Below are positions 1 through 9,718 of a DNA stretch of 64,000 nucleotides, one piece after another (position 1 is the first letter of the stretch; each line of letters opens with the position of its first letter). A model generated the notes under the pieces. It was not told the origin of the DNA and did no database searches. It saw only the letters and a list, made by a program, of their open reading frames with translations. Where the stretch lies: the IMG/VR virus record IMGVR_UViG_3300017764_000001; one strand, 5' to 3'. Both the position numbers and the translations under genes were made by a program. Source of the stretch: a virus (lineage: Duplodnaviria; Caudoviricetes).

Positions 1-270
1 ACGAACTTGTCCCCAGTGATAATTAAACCCACGAAATCCCCAACGAAAAATGTCTGTCACCGCAACAAGAGGATTCTGATCATATTGTATGTTTGGTGTT
101 TTAGGTATGTATATAAAAATATAGTATTTTCCGACTTCAGGAATAGTTTCATAAGAATCACTCACGGCATCCATCAATTCAACCATTAAGTCATCAGGAT
201 CTTCACCACCTATCAAACCATTTACGACACCTCTGACACGATTATCATTATCATCGGTTGGAAACATCAT
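1..270 (-). CDS. gp2: DNA end protector protein (T4 gp2-like), truncated by window start
   Basis: Not in ORF track. Manual minus-strand translation from ATG at 270: MMFPTDDNDNRVRG...GKYYIFIYIPKTPNIQYDQNPLVAVTDIFRWGFRGFNYHWGQVR. The YDxxPLV...GxNxH pattern and ATGA overlap with the gp4 stop fit gp2. Confidence 0.7.
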   Translation of the reverse strand, partial: MMFPTDDNDNRVRGVVNGLIGGEDPDDLMVELMDAVSDSYETIPEVGKYYIFIYIPKTPNIQYDQNPLVAVTDIFRWGFRGFNYHWGQVR

Positions 271-704
271 TGACGGATACCTAAATCATCCTCTGTCATG
301 ATCTTAAATTTCCACTGACGATCTTCACAAAACTCTTGTGCAGATTTCCACTTTGCCTGATTCTTTACATATTCCTTCACTTCATAGATGTAACCCTTTG
401 TCTTTCTCTTCGGAACTTTTGGTTCCAAAACTTGTCTTTTGGGTTTTATCTCTACCAAATATTTTTGTATTTTGTTTCCTTCTTTGACCTTTATATAAAA
501 GTCTGGGAAGTAACGATGAATTCTATTGTCAAGAGGTGATTTATATGGAAGAGCAATTTCTTCACTACTCCATTCCAAAACATTTTCATTCTTATCACAA
601 TAAACCATAAACTTTCTTTCCCACAAAGAACGATAAATTACGTTTGTTGGGTCACCTTTGTATTTCTTAGGATATGAAGGTTTATATTTTCCTTTATATG
701 ACAT
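267..704 (-). CDS. gp4: Head completion nuclease (T4 gp4-like, TnsA N-terminal fold)
   Basis: MSYKGKYKP..KYKGDPTNVIYRSLWERKFM; HRYFPDFYIK; EIKP; KWKSAQEFCEDRQWKF. Confidence 0.9.
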   Translation of the reverse strand: MSYKGKYKPSYPKKYKGDPTNVIYRSLWERKFMVYCDKNENVLEWSSEEIALPYKSPLDNRIHRYFPDFYIKVKEGNKIQKYLVEIKPKRQVLEPKVPKRKTKGYIYEVKEYVKNQAKWKSAQEFCEDRQWKFKIMTEDDLGIRQ

Positions 705-746
705 CTAAATACTTAATAATCTAAGTCGGCATATTTTATTTAGATG
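702..746. promoter_or_regulatory. Divergent late promoters (CTAAATA on each strand)
   Basis: CTAAATA at 705-711 (+) and its reverse complement at 737-743; resembles the T4 late TATAAATA box. Confidence 0.55.
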
Positions 747-1499
747 ACGGTATCAAGAAAGAGAATAACTGAATACATTTCAAAAATAGCAAACTCTGCC
801 CAAACATCTCACTATCAAGTATTTTTTGATGGGTTGAGTGTTGACCTGACAAAATTTTTGGGTGGTAAAGGAGTAGATAATCGATTTATTATTGAGGAAG
901 CTGGTCTTCGTTGCAGTAGTGCCTCTATTCCTGGTAGTTCTCTTGCCACTGCAAATATTGCCGGTAATTATATGGGTGTCCAAGAAAAAATGGTACACTC
1001 TAGAATTTTTACCGAAATGAGTTTAGAATTTTATGTTGATCGAGATTATAAAATAATTAAATTATTTGAATTTTGGATGGACTATATTACAAATGGATCA
1101 GAAAATGATAATATTAGAAAAACAAGGGAAGGATATTTTTATAGAATGAGATATCCCAGAGAATCTGATAGTGGATATAAGTGTGATAAAATTAAAATTA
1201 TAAAATTTGAACCAAGTCAAGGAAAAGAACTAGAGTATACATTTTATGGTGCCTTCCCTATAAATTTCTCATCCACACCTGTTCAATATGGTGGTTCTGA
1301 TGTTTTGAGAGCAAATGTGACTTTTAACTATGAAAGATATATTGCCGGAAAAGAAACAAGTATTGCCGAAAAACAAGAAAAGTCTGAAGAAAATTCGGAT
1401 GCTGCGACAAATAGTAATATTTCAGGAACCACCAGTCTTGGATTGACTGGAGCAGGAACACGTAGAGAATTAAATCAATTAAATCAAAATATAGGTTAA
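744..1499 (+). CDS. Tail tube initiator / tail tube-like protein (gp54/gp19 family)
   Basis: LRCSSASIPG, MSLEFYVDRDY..IKLFEFWMDYI, YTFYGAFPINF..ANVTFNYERY tube-fold motifs; sits between gp4 and gp26. Confidence 0.65.
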   Translation: MTVSRKRITEYISKIANSAQTSHYQVFFDGLSVDLTKFLGGKGVDNRFIIEEAGLRCSSASIPGSSLATANIAGNYMGVQEKMVHSRIFTEMSLEFYVDRDYKIIKLFEFWMDYITNGSENDNIRKTREGYFYRMRYPRESDSGYKCDKIKIIKFEPSQGKELEYTFYGAFPINFSSTPVQYGGSDVLRANVTFNYERYIAGKETSIAEKQEKSEENSDAATNSNISGTTSLGLTGAGTRRELNQLNQNIG

Positions 1500-1531
1500 T
1501 AAATACTCACAACTGAACTATTTGGATTGTC

Positions 1532-2254
1532 ATGCCTTTACCAAAGATTGCAACGCCGACATATGAGTTGGAATTACCATCAACCGGAAAAAAGATAAGA
1601 TATAGACCTTTTTTAGTGAAAGAAGAAAAGGTTCTTATTATTGCAATGGAATCTGAAGATCAGAAACAGATTACGAATGCCATTAAAACTGTAATTTCAA
1701 ACTGTATTCTAAGTCGAGGAGTGAAAGTAGAGCAGTTATCAACTTTTGATATTGAGTATTTATTTTTAAATATTAGAGGTAAGTCTGTGGGTGAGCAGGT
1801 TGATGTTCTCATTACATGTCCTGATGATGAAGAAACACAAGTTCCTGTAACAATTCCTCTTGATGATATTAGAGTCCAAAAAGATCCTGAGCACAGTCGA
1901 GATATTAAACTTGATGATGCTTTGATTATGAGAATGCGATATCCATCCATGTCAGAATTTATTAAATCTAATTTTAGTATTTCTGATGGATCTCTTGGTG
2001 TAACTGAATCCTTTGATTTGATTGCATCATGTATTGAACAAGTCTATAATGAAGAGGAATCTTGGAGTGCCTCTGATTGTACCAAAAAAGAACTTGTGGA
2101 CTTTATCGAACAATTGAGTTCTAAACAATTTAAAGAAATTGAAAAATTTTTTGAAACAATGCCAAAATTGTCTCATACAATTACTGTGATGAATCCTAAG
2201 ACAAAAGTCAAAAATGAAATCGTATTAGAGGGTCTGGCATCTTTTTTCGCGTGA
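1532..2254 (+). CDS. gp26: Baseplate hub subunit
   Basis: MPLPKIATPTYELELPSTGKKIRYRPFLVKEEK; FDIEYLFLNIRGKSVGE. Confidence 0.9.
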   Translation: MPLPKIATPTYELELPSTGKKIRYRPFLVKEEKVLIIAMESEDQKQITNAIKTVISNCILSRGVKVEQLSTFDIEYLFLNIRGKSVGEQVDVLITCPDDEETQVPVTIPLDDIRVQKDPEHSRDIKLDDALIMRMRYPSMSEFIKSNFSISDGSLGVTESFDLIASCIEQVYNEEESWSASDCTKKELVDFIEQLSSKQFKEIEKFFETMPKLSHTITVMNPKTKVKNEIVLEGLASFFA

Positions 2255-2436
2255 GTATGGCGCATATTGATCTTGCGTCATACTATAAAATTAATTTTTC
2301 TTTGATGCAGCACCATAAATATTCATTAACGGAGATAGAAAATATGATTCCGTGGGAAAAGGATGTGTATGTGGCACTTCTTCAACAATATATTGAAGAA
2401 GAAAACTTAAAACAGCAGCAAAGAAGTGGCATTTAG
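2251..2436 (+). CDS. gp51: Baseplate hub assembly catalyst
   Basis: YYKINFSLMQHHKYSLTEIENMIPWEKDVYVALL; follows gp26. Confidence 0.85.
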   Translation: MSMAHIDLASYYKINFSLMQHHKYSLTEIENMIPWEKDVYVALLQQYIEEENLKQQQRSGI

Positions 2437-4096
2437 TAGTCAGGCATTTAAGGCACCACAATTAGGAAGAAAAAGAGTTTCTTTTAAGAAAACTCTTGGT
2501 GATGTCGCTCAGTCTGGAGTAAATCCATCATCAGGAGAATATTTAACCTCAGAAGATAGAAAAGCACTTTTTAGATCAAGAAATATAGATGCTCAGAAAG
2601 TTTTTGGAAAATCTGGAGCACTTGTAAAATTAGATAATCTCGGACCAATTGTAAAGACAGATCAAGATGAAGATCAGCAGAGTGGATCACAAACAAATGC
2701 AGAATCATTAGGATCAAGAGTCACTGCTCTCGAAAAATCTGTTATCACCATACAGGAATCAGTAAAGAAACTATCAGAATTTCTAGTCGATGATGCAAAG
2801 AAAGAACAGCAGTTATTATTAAAAGGACAGAAAACTGAAGATATTGCAAAGGAAAAGGAAAAGAGAAGAAGAAAAGAATCTGGATTAGAATCTGTTGCTA
2901 GAGGAATTGGAAATACTCTTATGGCACCAATTAAAGCAATTGGTGGTAAAGTAAAAGGTATTCTGTCTAGAGTATTAGAATTTCTTAAAATTCTTTTTGT
3001 CGGTTGGTTGACAGACAAGGGGGTAAAAGCTTTCAGATCTTACATGAACGGTAATAAAGAAGAATTTGAAAGAATTGGAAAAAATATATTAGGAGCACTC
3101 GGTATTGTTATGGGCATTATTGCCGGTGTTAATGTTGGTCTGGCAGCAATTCCAGGATTGATTTTAGGTATTCTTCCTACCATTGCCACTCTCGGTGCTG
3201 CGATAGTAGGATTTTTATTATCTCCTGCTGGATTGACTACACTAGCATTTTTGGGTCTTGCCGGACTTGCTGGGATGGGAATACAGTCGATAGATAAACA
3301 AAAATTAAAAAGTGCCTATGGCGATAAACAAGAATATATGGATGAAGGTGCCTTTAGTCAAAAACTTTTACTACAATATGGTGGTTCGGCAACCGAAAAG
3401 GAAAGGGAAGAAAATCTAACACCCAGTGAGAAAAATGAATATGCTTTTCTCAAGGAGTATAATTTAGATCTTCAAAGAAGAGGAGATGCTTTTGATAGAA
3501 TCAGGGAATTAGAGAAAAAACTTCCTGAACTAAAAAAAGCAGCAGATGAAGGTAAAGGAAAACCAGGAGCAGCTATAAAAACAAATAGTTATAATACTGC
3601 AAAAACTGATCTTATAAAACAAAAGAGAATTTTTAAAAATTCTGATAATAGAGTACAACAGATTAAAAATCAACTTACACTGAAAGGAAAAACTTTAGGA
3701 GAGGTAAAAACTGATTTTGATTCGGGTAGAATAATACAGACAGGAATAAGTCAGGCTGGAACACCAAGAAGTGCTTATGGTTTAGGGTATTCAATAAAAC
3801 AAAAAGTAGAACCACAAGAAGTAACACCAACTCCCACACCAACTCCTCCACCTACACCAACTTCTATAGAGACCCCTATAACATCACCAGTAACCAGTCT
3901 TGCTCAGACAAGACAAATTCCCACACCAGAACCAAAGAAAGAACCAACAGTAATTTTTAGACCTAATCCCCAGGTTCAACAAAAAGAACCTGCATCTGTG
4001 ACAAATGGAAATAGTGAAACTCCAAATATTTCATCATCAAATCCAAATAATTTTTATACCATGTATTCACAAATACAATATAACGTGGTAAGATAA
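2426..4096 (+). CDS. Putative baseplate hub / tape-measure-like protein
   Basis: 556 aa; coiled-coil-like and hydrophobic Gly/Ala/Leu segments, Pro/Thr linker; syntenic position after gp26-gp51. Confidence 0.45.
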   Translation: MAFSSQAFKAPQLGRKRVSFKKTLGDVAQSGVNPSSGEYLTSEDRKALFRSRNIDAQKVFGKSGALVKLDNLGPIVKTDQDEDQQSGSQTNAESLGSRVTALEKSVITIQESVKKLSEFLVDDAKKEQQLLLKGQKTEDIAKEKEKRRRKESGLESVARGIGNTLMAPIKAIGGKVKGILSRVLEFLKILFVGWLTDKGVKAFRSYMNGNKEEFERIGKNILGALGIVMGIIAGVNVGLAAIPGLILGILPTIATLGAAIVGFLLSPAGLTTLAFLGLAGLAGMGIQSIDKQKLKSAYGDKQEYMDEGAFSQKLLLQYGGSATEKEREENLTPSEKNEYAFLKEYNLDLQRRGDAFDRIRELEKKLPELKKAADEGKGKPGAAIKTNSYNTAKTDLIKQKRIFKNSDNRVQQIKNQLTLKGKTLGEVKTDFDSGRIIQTGISQAGTPRSAYGLGYSIKQKVEPQEVTPTPTPTPPPTPTSIETPITSPVTSLAQTRQIPTPEPKKEPTVIFRPNPQVQQKEPASVTNGNSETPNISSSNPNNFYTMYSQIQYNVVR

Positions 4097-4097
4097 G

Positions 4098-5639
4098 ATG
4101 GCACTAGCAGCAGTCGCGGCAGGAGCAGTAAGAATAGGATCAATGGTAGGTAAAACTGCCATTGGAGTCACTAAAGTTGCCGGATCTACGATAAGATCCG
4201 GTGCTAGAGTTGGAAGTCGTGCTACTGCAAAAGGTGCCAAAAAAGTAAATGCCGGACTTAAAAAAGCAATACTTCAAAGAAAGAGAGTTCAAAGAACTAC
4301 TTTTTTAAAGAATCAGAGAAGAAAAAGAAGAGATGTTGAGTTACAAAAAAGAAATGCAAGGGAACAAGAATTAGAAAGAAGAAGTGTAAGTAAAGGTAGA
4401 AAGGGTATTAAAGTTCCTACTGTTGCAAAAAATCCTTTACAGGCACTGATTGAGTTTCTATCTACAATACTTATTGGTTGGTTAATAAATAAACTTCCTC
4501 AAATTATAGAATGGGCAGAAAAACTTATTGCGTTTGTCAAGAAAACTGTCAAGATAATTGGAAGTTTTTTCAGTAACTTAAAAGATGCTCTGTCTGGTGT
4601 TGTTGACTTATTCAAAAATACTGCCGAAGCAATCAAAAATTTTGATTTTGCCGATAAAGACAAAAAAATACGAGATTCCTTTGATAAATTAAAAGAATCT
4701 TTTAACAAGATGGGAAAAGATATTGAAGATGGTAAAAAACTTTTAAAAGAAACCACACAGAAAAATCCTCAAGAAATAATGAGTCAAGAAAGATCTGAAC
4801 TAATGTCAGATCCCGATCAAGTAAAATCTGAAATAGAAAGAGTGCGAACTGGTGAAACTCCAACAGTGCAACCTCAAACTCCAATGACTGGAGATTTATT
4901 CAGCACTATTGCTGGTGGTGAAGGTGGAGTAAACTCTATCAATAGAGGAAATGCTGGTGATACTCCTGGTGGTGCAAAATCTATCTTTGGTAAAAATCTC
5001 ACCGATATGACTATTAGTGAAATTTATGCTGCCCAACAATCAGGAAAAGTATTTGCTGTAGGTAAATATCAAATAATTCCGAGTACGATGACAGGATTTA
5101 TTAATTATTTGAGAGGACAAGGTATTAATCCTGACAAAACAAAATTTACAGAAAAAATACAAGATTTTTATAAACCATATACTGTTAATGTAAAGAGACC
5201 TGCTGTTGGAAATTATCTTAGGGGTAAGGCAACTATTAATGATGCAAATTTAGCACTAGCTGCCGAATTTGCATCTATAGGTGTTCCTTATGATATGAAG
5301 AAAGGTTCTTATAATGGAACTTGGCCTAAGAGTGATATTAAAAAAGGTGATAGTTTATATTCAGGTGTAGGTGGAAATAAAGCATCAATTTCACCAGAAG
5401 AAATACAAGCATCTCTCCGTGGATCTAGTGGAGAAAAAAATATTTCTCCTTTACCGAGAACAGAAACTAACTTAACAATGGATACAACCTCTGAAGATAT
5501 TATTGTAATTGATGATCAACCAGTTCCAGTTGCCTCAACAACAGTTAGAGGTTCTTCATCGGTTATTCTTGTTCCTGTCGGACCTTCATTAAATAGTATG
5601 TTAAGACAACAACTACTTTTAGATTTAGCATATACTTAA
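4098..5639 (+). CDS. Virion hub/tail protein with lambda-type (GH104-like) muramidase domain
   Basis: IAGGEGG..NLTDMTISEI..AVGKYQII..QD..AEFASI pattern in the C-terminal half. Confidence 0.6.
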   Translation: MALAAVAAGAVRIGSMVGKTAIGVTKVAGSTIRSGARVGSRATAKGAKKVNAGLKKAILQRKRVQRTTFLKNQRRKRRDVELQKRNAREQELERRSVSKGRKGIKVPTVAKNPLQALIEFLSTILIGWLINKLPQIIEWAEKLIAFVKKTVKIIGSFFSNLKDALSGVVDLFKNTAEAIKNFDFADKDKKIRDSFDKLKESFNKMGKDIEDGKKLLKETTQKNPQEIMSQERSELMSDPDQVKSEIERVRTGETPTVQPQTPMTGDLFSTIAGGEGGVNSINRGNAGDTPGGAKSIFGKNLTDMTISEIYAAQQSGKVFAVGKYQIIPSTMTGFINYLRGQGINPDKTKFTEKIQDFYKPYTVNVKRPAVGNYLRGKATINDANLALAAEFASIGVPYDMKKGSYNGTWPKSDIKKGDSLYSGVGGNKASISPEEIQASLRGSSGEKNISPLPRTETNLTMDTTSEDIIVIDDQPVPVASTTVRGSSSVILVPVGPSLNSMLRQQLLLDLAYT

Positions 5640-6980
5640 ATGTCAGCAGCAGAAGCCTCTCTTTACGAAACCCTAGCAATTCAATCAAATGATGGGGAAA
5701 GAACAGTTGATATTCGACTGGGAACTATTTCTGTTGATTATTATGAGGATATATTTTCCCCAACAGTAACTGCGAAAATTAAAGTCGTAAATACCGGAGA
5801 TACTATAGGAGATGATCTCAATAAACAATCTCTCTATAATGGACTACCTCTTCGTGGAGGTGAACGTATTGCAATGAAAATATTAGACAGGGGAAAAGGA
5901 AAAACCGGACTTGATTTTGCCACAGATCCAAATGATTATCTTTATGTTTCTAGTATTACTGATGTTGTTTCTGAAACTCAAAGAGAAAGTTTTAATCTAC
6001 ATTTAGTTTCAAGAGAAGCAATAACAAATGAGACGACAAGAGTTGTAAAAAAATATCCAACAGGTTTATCAATTAGTGATTCTGTTCAAAAAATATTGAA
6101 AGATGTATTAAAAACAAATAAATTTAGCGAAACATCTATTGAAAAATCTCAAAATCCATATGGATTTATTGGAAACCTTAGAAAACCTTTTACAGTATTA
6201 GTTTGGTTGGCATCAAAGGCAGTGCCTGTAAGTTCTGGTGATGCTACTGCAGGATTTGTTTTTTATCAGACACAAGATGGATTTAATTTTAGATCAATTC
6301 AAAATTTAATTGATGATGGAGTTAAAAAGGCAAAAGAAAATCAAGTTCCTGAGTATGTATATACGGAAATTAATCAATCAAGTATTGAGAGAAATAATGA
6401 CTTTCAAATTACTGCATATACTACTGATAGAAATCAAAATTTGATTGAAAAGTTACGTCTTGGAACTTATGCAAGTCAGAGAATGTTTTTTAATCCATTG
6501 ACATTTAATTTTACCACACCAGAACAAGGATTATTCCAATATAGTAATTATGGAGATAAGGCAGGAAATCTTGGAGATCCAATCGATTTACCTCCTCTTA
6601 GTGAAACATCTGAAAAAACATTAGGACAAACACCTACGAGAATATTATCTTCTGTTCTTGATATTGGAACGATGGAGAAAGATGTATCTATTGATGAAAA
6701 TGCCGATCCTAGTAAATATCAGGCACAATCCATTATGAGATATAATGTTTTGTTTACACAAACTGTAAGCATGACTGTTCCCTGTAATACTAATTTGAAA
6801 GCAGGAGATGTTATTAAATGTGAGTTCCCTAAAATTTCTAGAACAGATGGTCAACGTCCAGACCCTGAGCAAAGTGGTCTATATATGATAAAAGAACTGT
6901 GTCATCATTTTGATAAAACAAGATCTTTTACATCTATGTTGTTAGTTAGAGATACTTTCGGATTATACACTGGAAAATGA
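5640..6980 (+). CDS. Baseplate hub protein (gp27-like)
   Basis: YYEDIFSPTVTAKI, LPLRGGE, FVFYQTQDGFNFRSI, SGLYMIKELCHHF; immediately upstream of gp5. Confidence 0.55.
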   Translation: MSAAEASLYETLAIQSNDGERTVDIRLGTISVDYYEDIFSPTVTAKIKVVNTGDTIGDDLNKQSLYNGLPLRGGERIAMKILDRGKGKTGLDFATDPNDYLYVSSITDVVSETQRESFNLHLVSREAITNETTRVVKKYPTGLSISDSVQKILKDVLKTNKFSETSIEKSQNPYGFIGNLRKPFTVLVWLASKAVPVSSGDATAGFVFYQTQDGFNFRSIQNLIDDGVKKAKENQVPEYVYTEINQSSIERNNDFQITAYTTDRNQNLIEKLRLGTYASQRMFFNPLTFNFTTPEQGLFQYSNYGDKAGNLGDPIDLPPLSETSEKTLGQTPTRILSSVLDIGTMEKDVSIDENADPSKYQAQSIMRYNVLFTQTVSMTVPCNTNLKAGDVIKCEFPKISRTDGQRPDPEQSGLYMIKELCHHFDKTRSFTSMLLVRDTFGLYTGK

Positions 6981-9070
6981 TAGAAGAATCACTATTAAAA
7001 AGTAATTTTATAGGGAGAGACGGATTTCGTTGGTGGATTGGTCAGATTCCTCCTGGAGAATCTTTAGGTGCTCAGAATAAGGGTGAAGGATGGGGAAATA
7101 GATTTAAGGTTAGAATTTTAGGTTATCATCCTTACAGTAAAGAAGAATTACCGGATGAAGATTTGCCATGGGCAGGTTGTTTATTACCGGCGACATCAGG
7201 AACTGGTGCAAGTAATTTTGCAGAAAGTGTAAAATATCGTCCCGGTGATGTTGTCGTCGGTTTCTTCATGGACGGGGATAACGCACAAATTCCCATGATC
7301 ATGGGTGCATTTGGTAGAACAAGTCAAGTTCCACAGCAAGCAGCATCAGGTGCATTTGTTCCTTTTACCGGATATACTTCTAATATTGATATTCCTGATG
7401 GAACACTAGTTCCGGATGAATCTAACGAACAGAATAAAGATAGTCAACCAACTCCAAGAAGTCTTAGTGATAAGCAAGCAAAAAAGATAAATTCTAATAA
7501 TAATGGTGGAAAGGAAGAAATAGCAGCATCAAAGGCAGACGGACAAGTAATTTCACCTGCTAGTGCATGTGATGATAACTTCATGGATGAAGTATCTAAT
7601 GTTCTTGAAAATTTTCTTGTAGGTATTCCTAAGAATCCATTAGGTGGAATTGTCGGCGAGGCATCAGATTTTCTTGGTGATGTTCAAGCGGTTACTAAAA
7701 AAATACAAAGATTAACTAATAATCCAGTATCGGCAATGATGGACTCTCTTTATAGGGAAATGATACCATTATTAAGAACGGGTTTAAATGGTTATTATAA
7801 TGCTATTGAAAAAGCAAAAGGAACTCTTGAAGCTATTGAGGCCGTCAAAACACTAGTTCCTGTCGTAGTTGGAATTCAAGATCAACTTGGATGTTTAGGT
7901 GGAAAAATTATTAGTGGTCTTGGCGATACCATTAAAGGAATGCTAGAAGATACATTAATAAACATTGTTAATTTTGGAACTTGTGTCGTCGAACAATTTG
8001 CAGGAGATTTATTGAATACAATAACCGATAAAATTTCTGATGGAATGTCTAGTGTATTAGATGGCATATCACCAATATTGGAGTTTATTAATGGTGGTTC
8101 TGGATTTAATGTTAGGGATATACTTTCCGCATCTGCCGATACTATAGCATCTGCGGCAGGATTTTTTGATTGTAATCAAGATAAAGGAAAATGCACAGGT
8201 AGAGTCAGAAAATGGACTTTTGGTTATGGTGCCGATGGATCATTTGATCTGCAGAAAACATATGATAATGTCATGGATCAAATAAATGTCCAAAATGCAT
8301 TGGGATTACTTAATATCGATGTTCCGCAAGGAGTTAATTCTCCGTTCACCAAACCTGATTGTGCGACTCCATCGACATGTGGTGGTCCCACAGTTAAGAT
8401 ATTTGGTGGTGATGGAATTGGCGGTGCAGGTAGGGCAATACTTGGTGGAATTGTTCAAAACTCACCAGATCTCGATGACTTGTCAAGAAATATCACCAAA
8501 ACTGCAAGTATTATTGGAGTCGAATTAACTGATCCTGGTTCCGGATATTTTTATAAGGAACCATTAATTAGTTTTAGTGATTCTTGTGGATTAGGATATG
8601 GTGCTGTTGGAAAAGCAATTGTTAATTTTGAAACGGGAGAAATTGAAAATGTTGTAATGATATCTGAGGGAGAAAATTATCCTGCTGCTTTTGGAACTAT
8701 AATTCCTGAGGATGAAACCGAAACAACTGATTCAGATGATTCGGGAGATAATAATGGACCAATTGATACAGAAATTCCTGTTGGTATTATTGATGTCGAA
8801 ATAATAGATGGTGGAGAGGATTATCCTGAAGACACTGAGATTATTACAGACCTTATTCCTGAGGATGATGATGACGAAATTGAATTTGATGTCATCATTG
8901 ATGAGGGAAGAATAATATCGGTGAAACCAATAAATATTATTCAGGTGAATATTTTACCAAAATTACGTGCCACTGGTGGTTCTGGAGCATTACTGAGACC
9001 AATTATCGGAAGAATACCAGAATCAAAACCAGGACAAAAAGTAATACAAGTCATCGACTGCATAACATAA
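6977..9070 (+). CDS. gp5: Baseplate hub/central spike protein, N-terminal OB-fold part
   Basis: FIGRDGFRWWIGQI, RFKVRILGYHP, LPWA, VVVGFFMDGDNAQIPMIMG. Confidence 0.8.
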   Translation: MIEESLLKSNFIGRDGFRWWIGQIPPGESLGAQNKGEGWGNRFKVRILGYHPYSKEELPDEDLPWAGCLLPATSGTGASNFAESVKYRPGDVVVGFFMDGDNAQIPMIMGAFGRTSQVPQQAASGAFVPFTGYTSNIDIPDGTLVPDESNEQNKDSQPTPRSLSDKQAKKINSNNNGGKEEIAASKADGQVISPASACDDNFMDEVSNVLENFLVGIPKNPLGGIVGEASDFLGDVQAVTKKIQRLTNNPVSAMMDSLYREMIPLLRTGLNGYYNAIEKAKGTLEAIEAVKTLVPVVVGIQDQLGCLGGKIISGLGDTIKGMLEDTLINIVNFGTCVVEQFAGDLLNTITDKISDGMSSVLDGISPILEFINGGSGFNVRDILSASADTIASAAGFFDCNQDKGKCTGRVRKWTFGYGADGSFDLQKTYDNVMDQINVQNALGLLNIDVPQGVNSPFTKPDCATPSTCGGPTVKIFGGDGIGGAGRAILGGIVQNSPDLDDLSRNITKTASIIGVELTDPGSGYFYKEPLISFSDSCGLGYGAVGKAIVNFETGEIENVVMISEGENYPAAFGTIIPEDETETTDSDDSGDNNGPIDTEIPVGIIDVEIIDGGEDYPEDTEIITDLIPEDDDDEIEFDVIIDEGRIISVKPINIIQVNILPKLRATGGSGALLRPIIGRIPESKPGQKVIQVIDCIT

Positions 9071-9071
9071 T

Positions 9072-9716
9072 ATGGGAACTAGACCGAACGAAAACTGGGA
9101 AGCAAGGACTATTGATAGTAGAAGTCCAAAGTTTAGAATTGATGTCGCCAATCCAGAAATGGGTGCCGAGGGTGCCGATGTCTACAAAATTTATGCAGTC
9201 ACAGACAATAAAGATGTAAATTTATGTGCTTTAAGTGAAGGTGGAAAATATAAAATTCATAACGATAAATCTCTAGAGATTGTGGCAGGGATGACCAACA
9301 CCGAGGGTGCTGTTGATATTGTTATTGCCGGAATGAAAGGTGATGTTGTTATTACCGCAATGAGAGATGGTCAGGTCAAAATTAAGGGTGCCAATATTGT
9401 TCTTCAGGCAGATGAGGATATTGACTTAATTGCAGGTAGAAACATTAATGTTAATGGTAAGGCAAAAGTTATGTTGAAGGGTAATAAAGTTCAGGCGGAT
9501 GGATTATTGGGTAATTTAGTTGAAGAAACCAGTGGAAGTTTTGTTATGAGAGTCTTTGAGGGAGTTGCCGGTGGAGCAGTTGGTATGGATTATCTCAGAG
9601 GATCTGATGAACTTAAAGATGCCTTGGGTGGAGTAACTGCTGTCGCTGGTATTGGTAATCCTTCCCTTGGTCTAGCCGCAAATGTTCTAGGTAAGTTTTC
9701 TACAAGTTTAGTTTAA
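9072..9716 (+). CDS. gp5 C-terminal beta-helix spike-like protein
   Basis: Alternating strands (GDVVITA..QVKIKGANIVLQADEDIDLIAGRNINVNG); starts 1 nt after the gp5 stop. Confidence 0.5.
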   Translation: MGTRPNENWEARTIDSRSPKFRIDVANPEMGAEGADVYKIYAVTDNKDVNLCALSEGGKYKIHNDKSLEIVAGMTNTEGAVDIVIAGMKGDVVITAMRDGQVKIKGANIVLQADEDIDLIAGRNINVNGKAKVMLKGNKVQADGLLGNLVEETSGSFVMRVFEGVAGGAVGMDYLRGSDELKDALGGVTAVAGIGNPSLGLAANVLGKFSTSLV

Positions 9717-9718
9717 AA

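Noticed and set aside
267-704. TnsA-like nuclease as a sign of a Tn7-type transposon
   Set aside because: Sequence and synteny match the core T4 head-completion gene; no other tns genes or ends are visible.
9061-9080. Programmed frameshift or read-through fusing gp5 with the next ORF
   Set aside because: TAA-T-ATG is ordinary translational coupling; no slippery site, and read-through hits TAG within a few codons.
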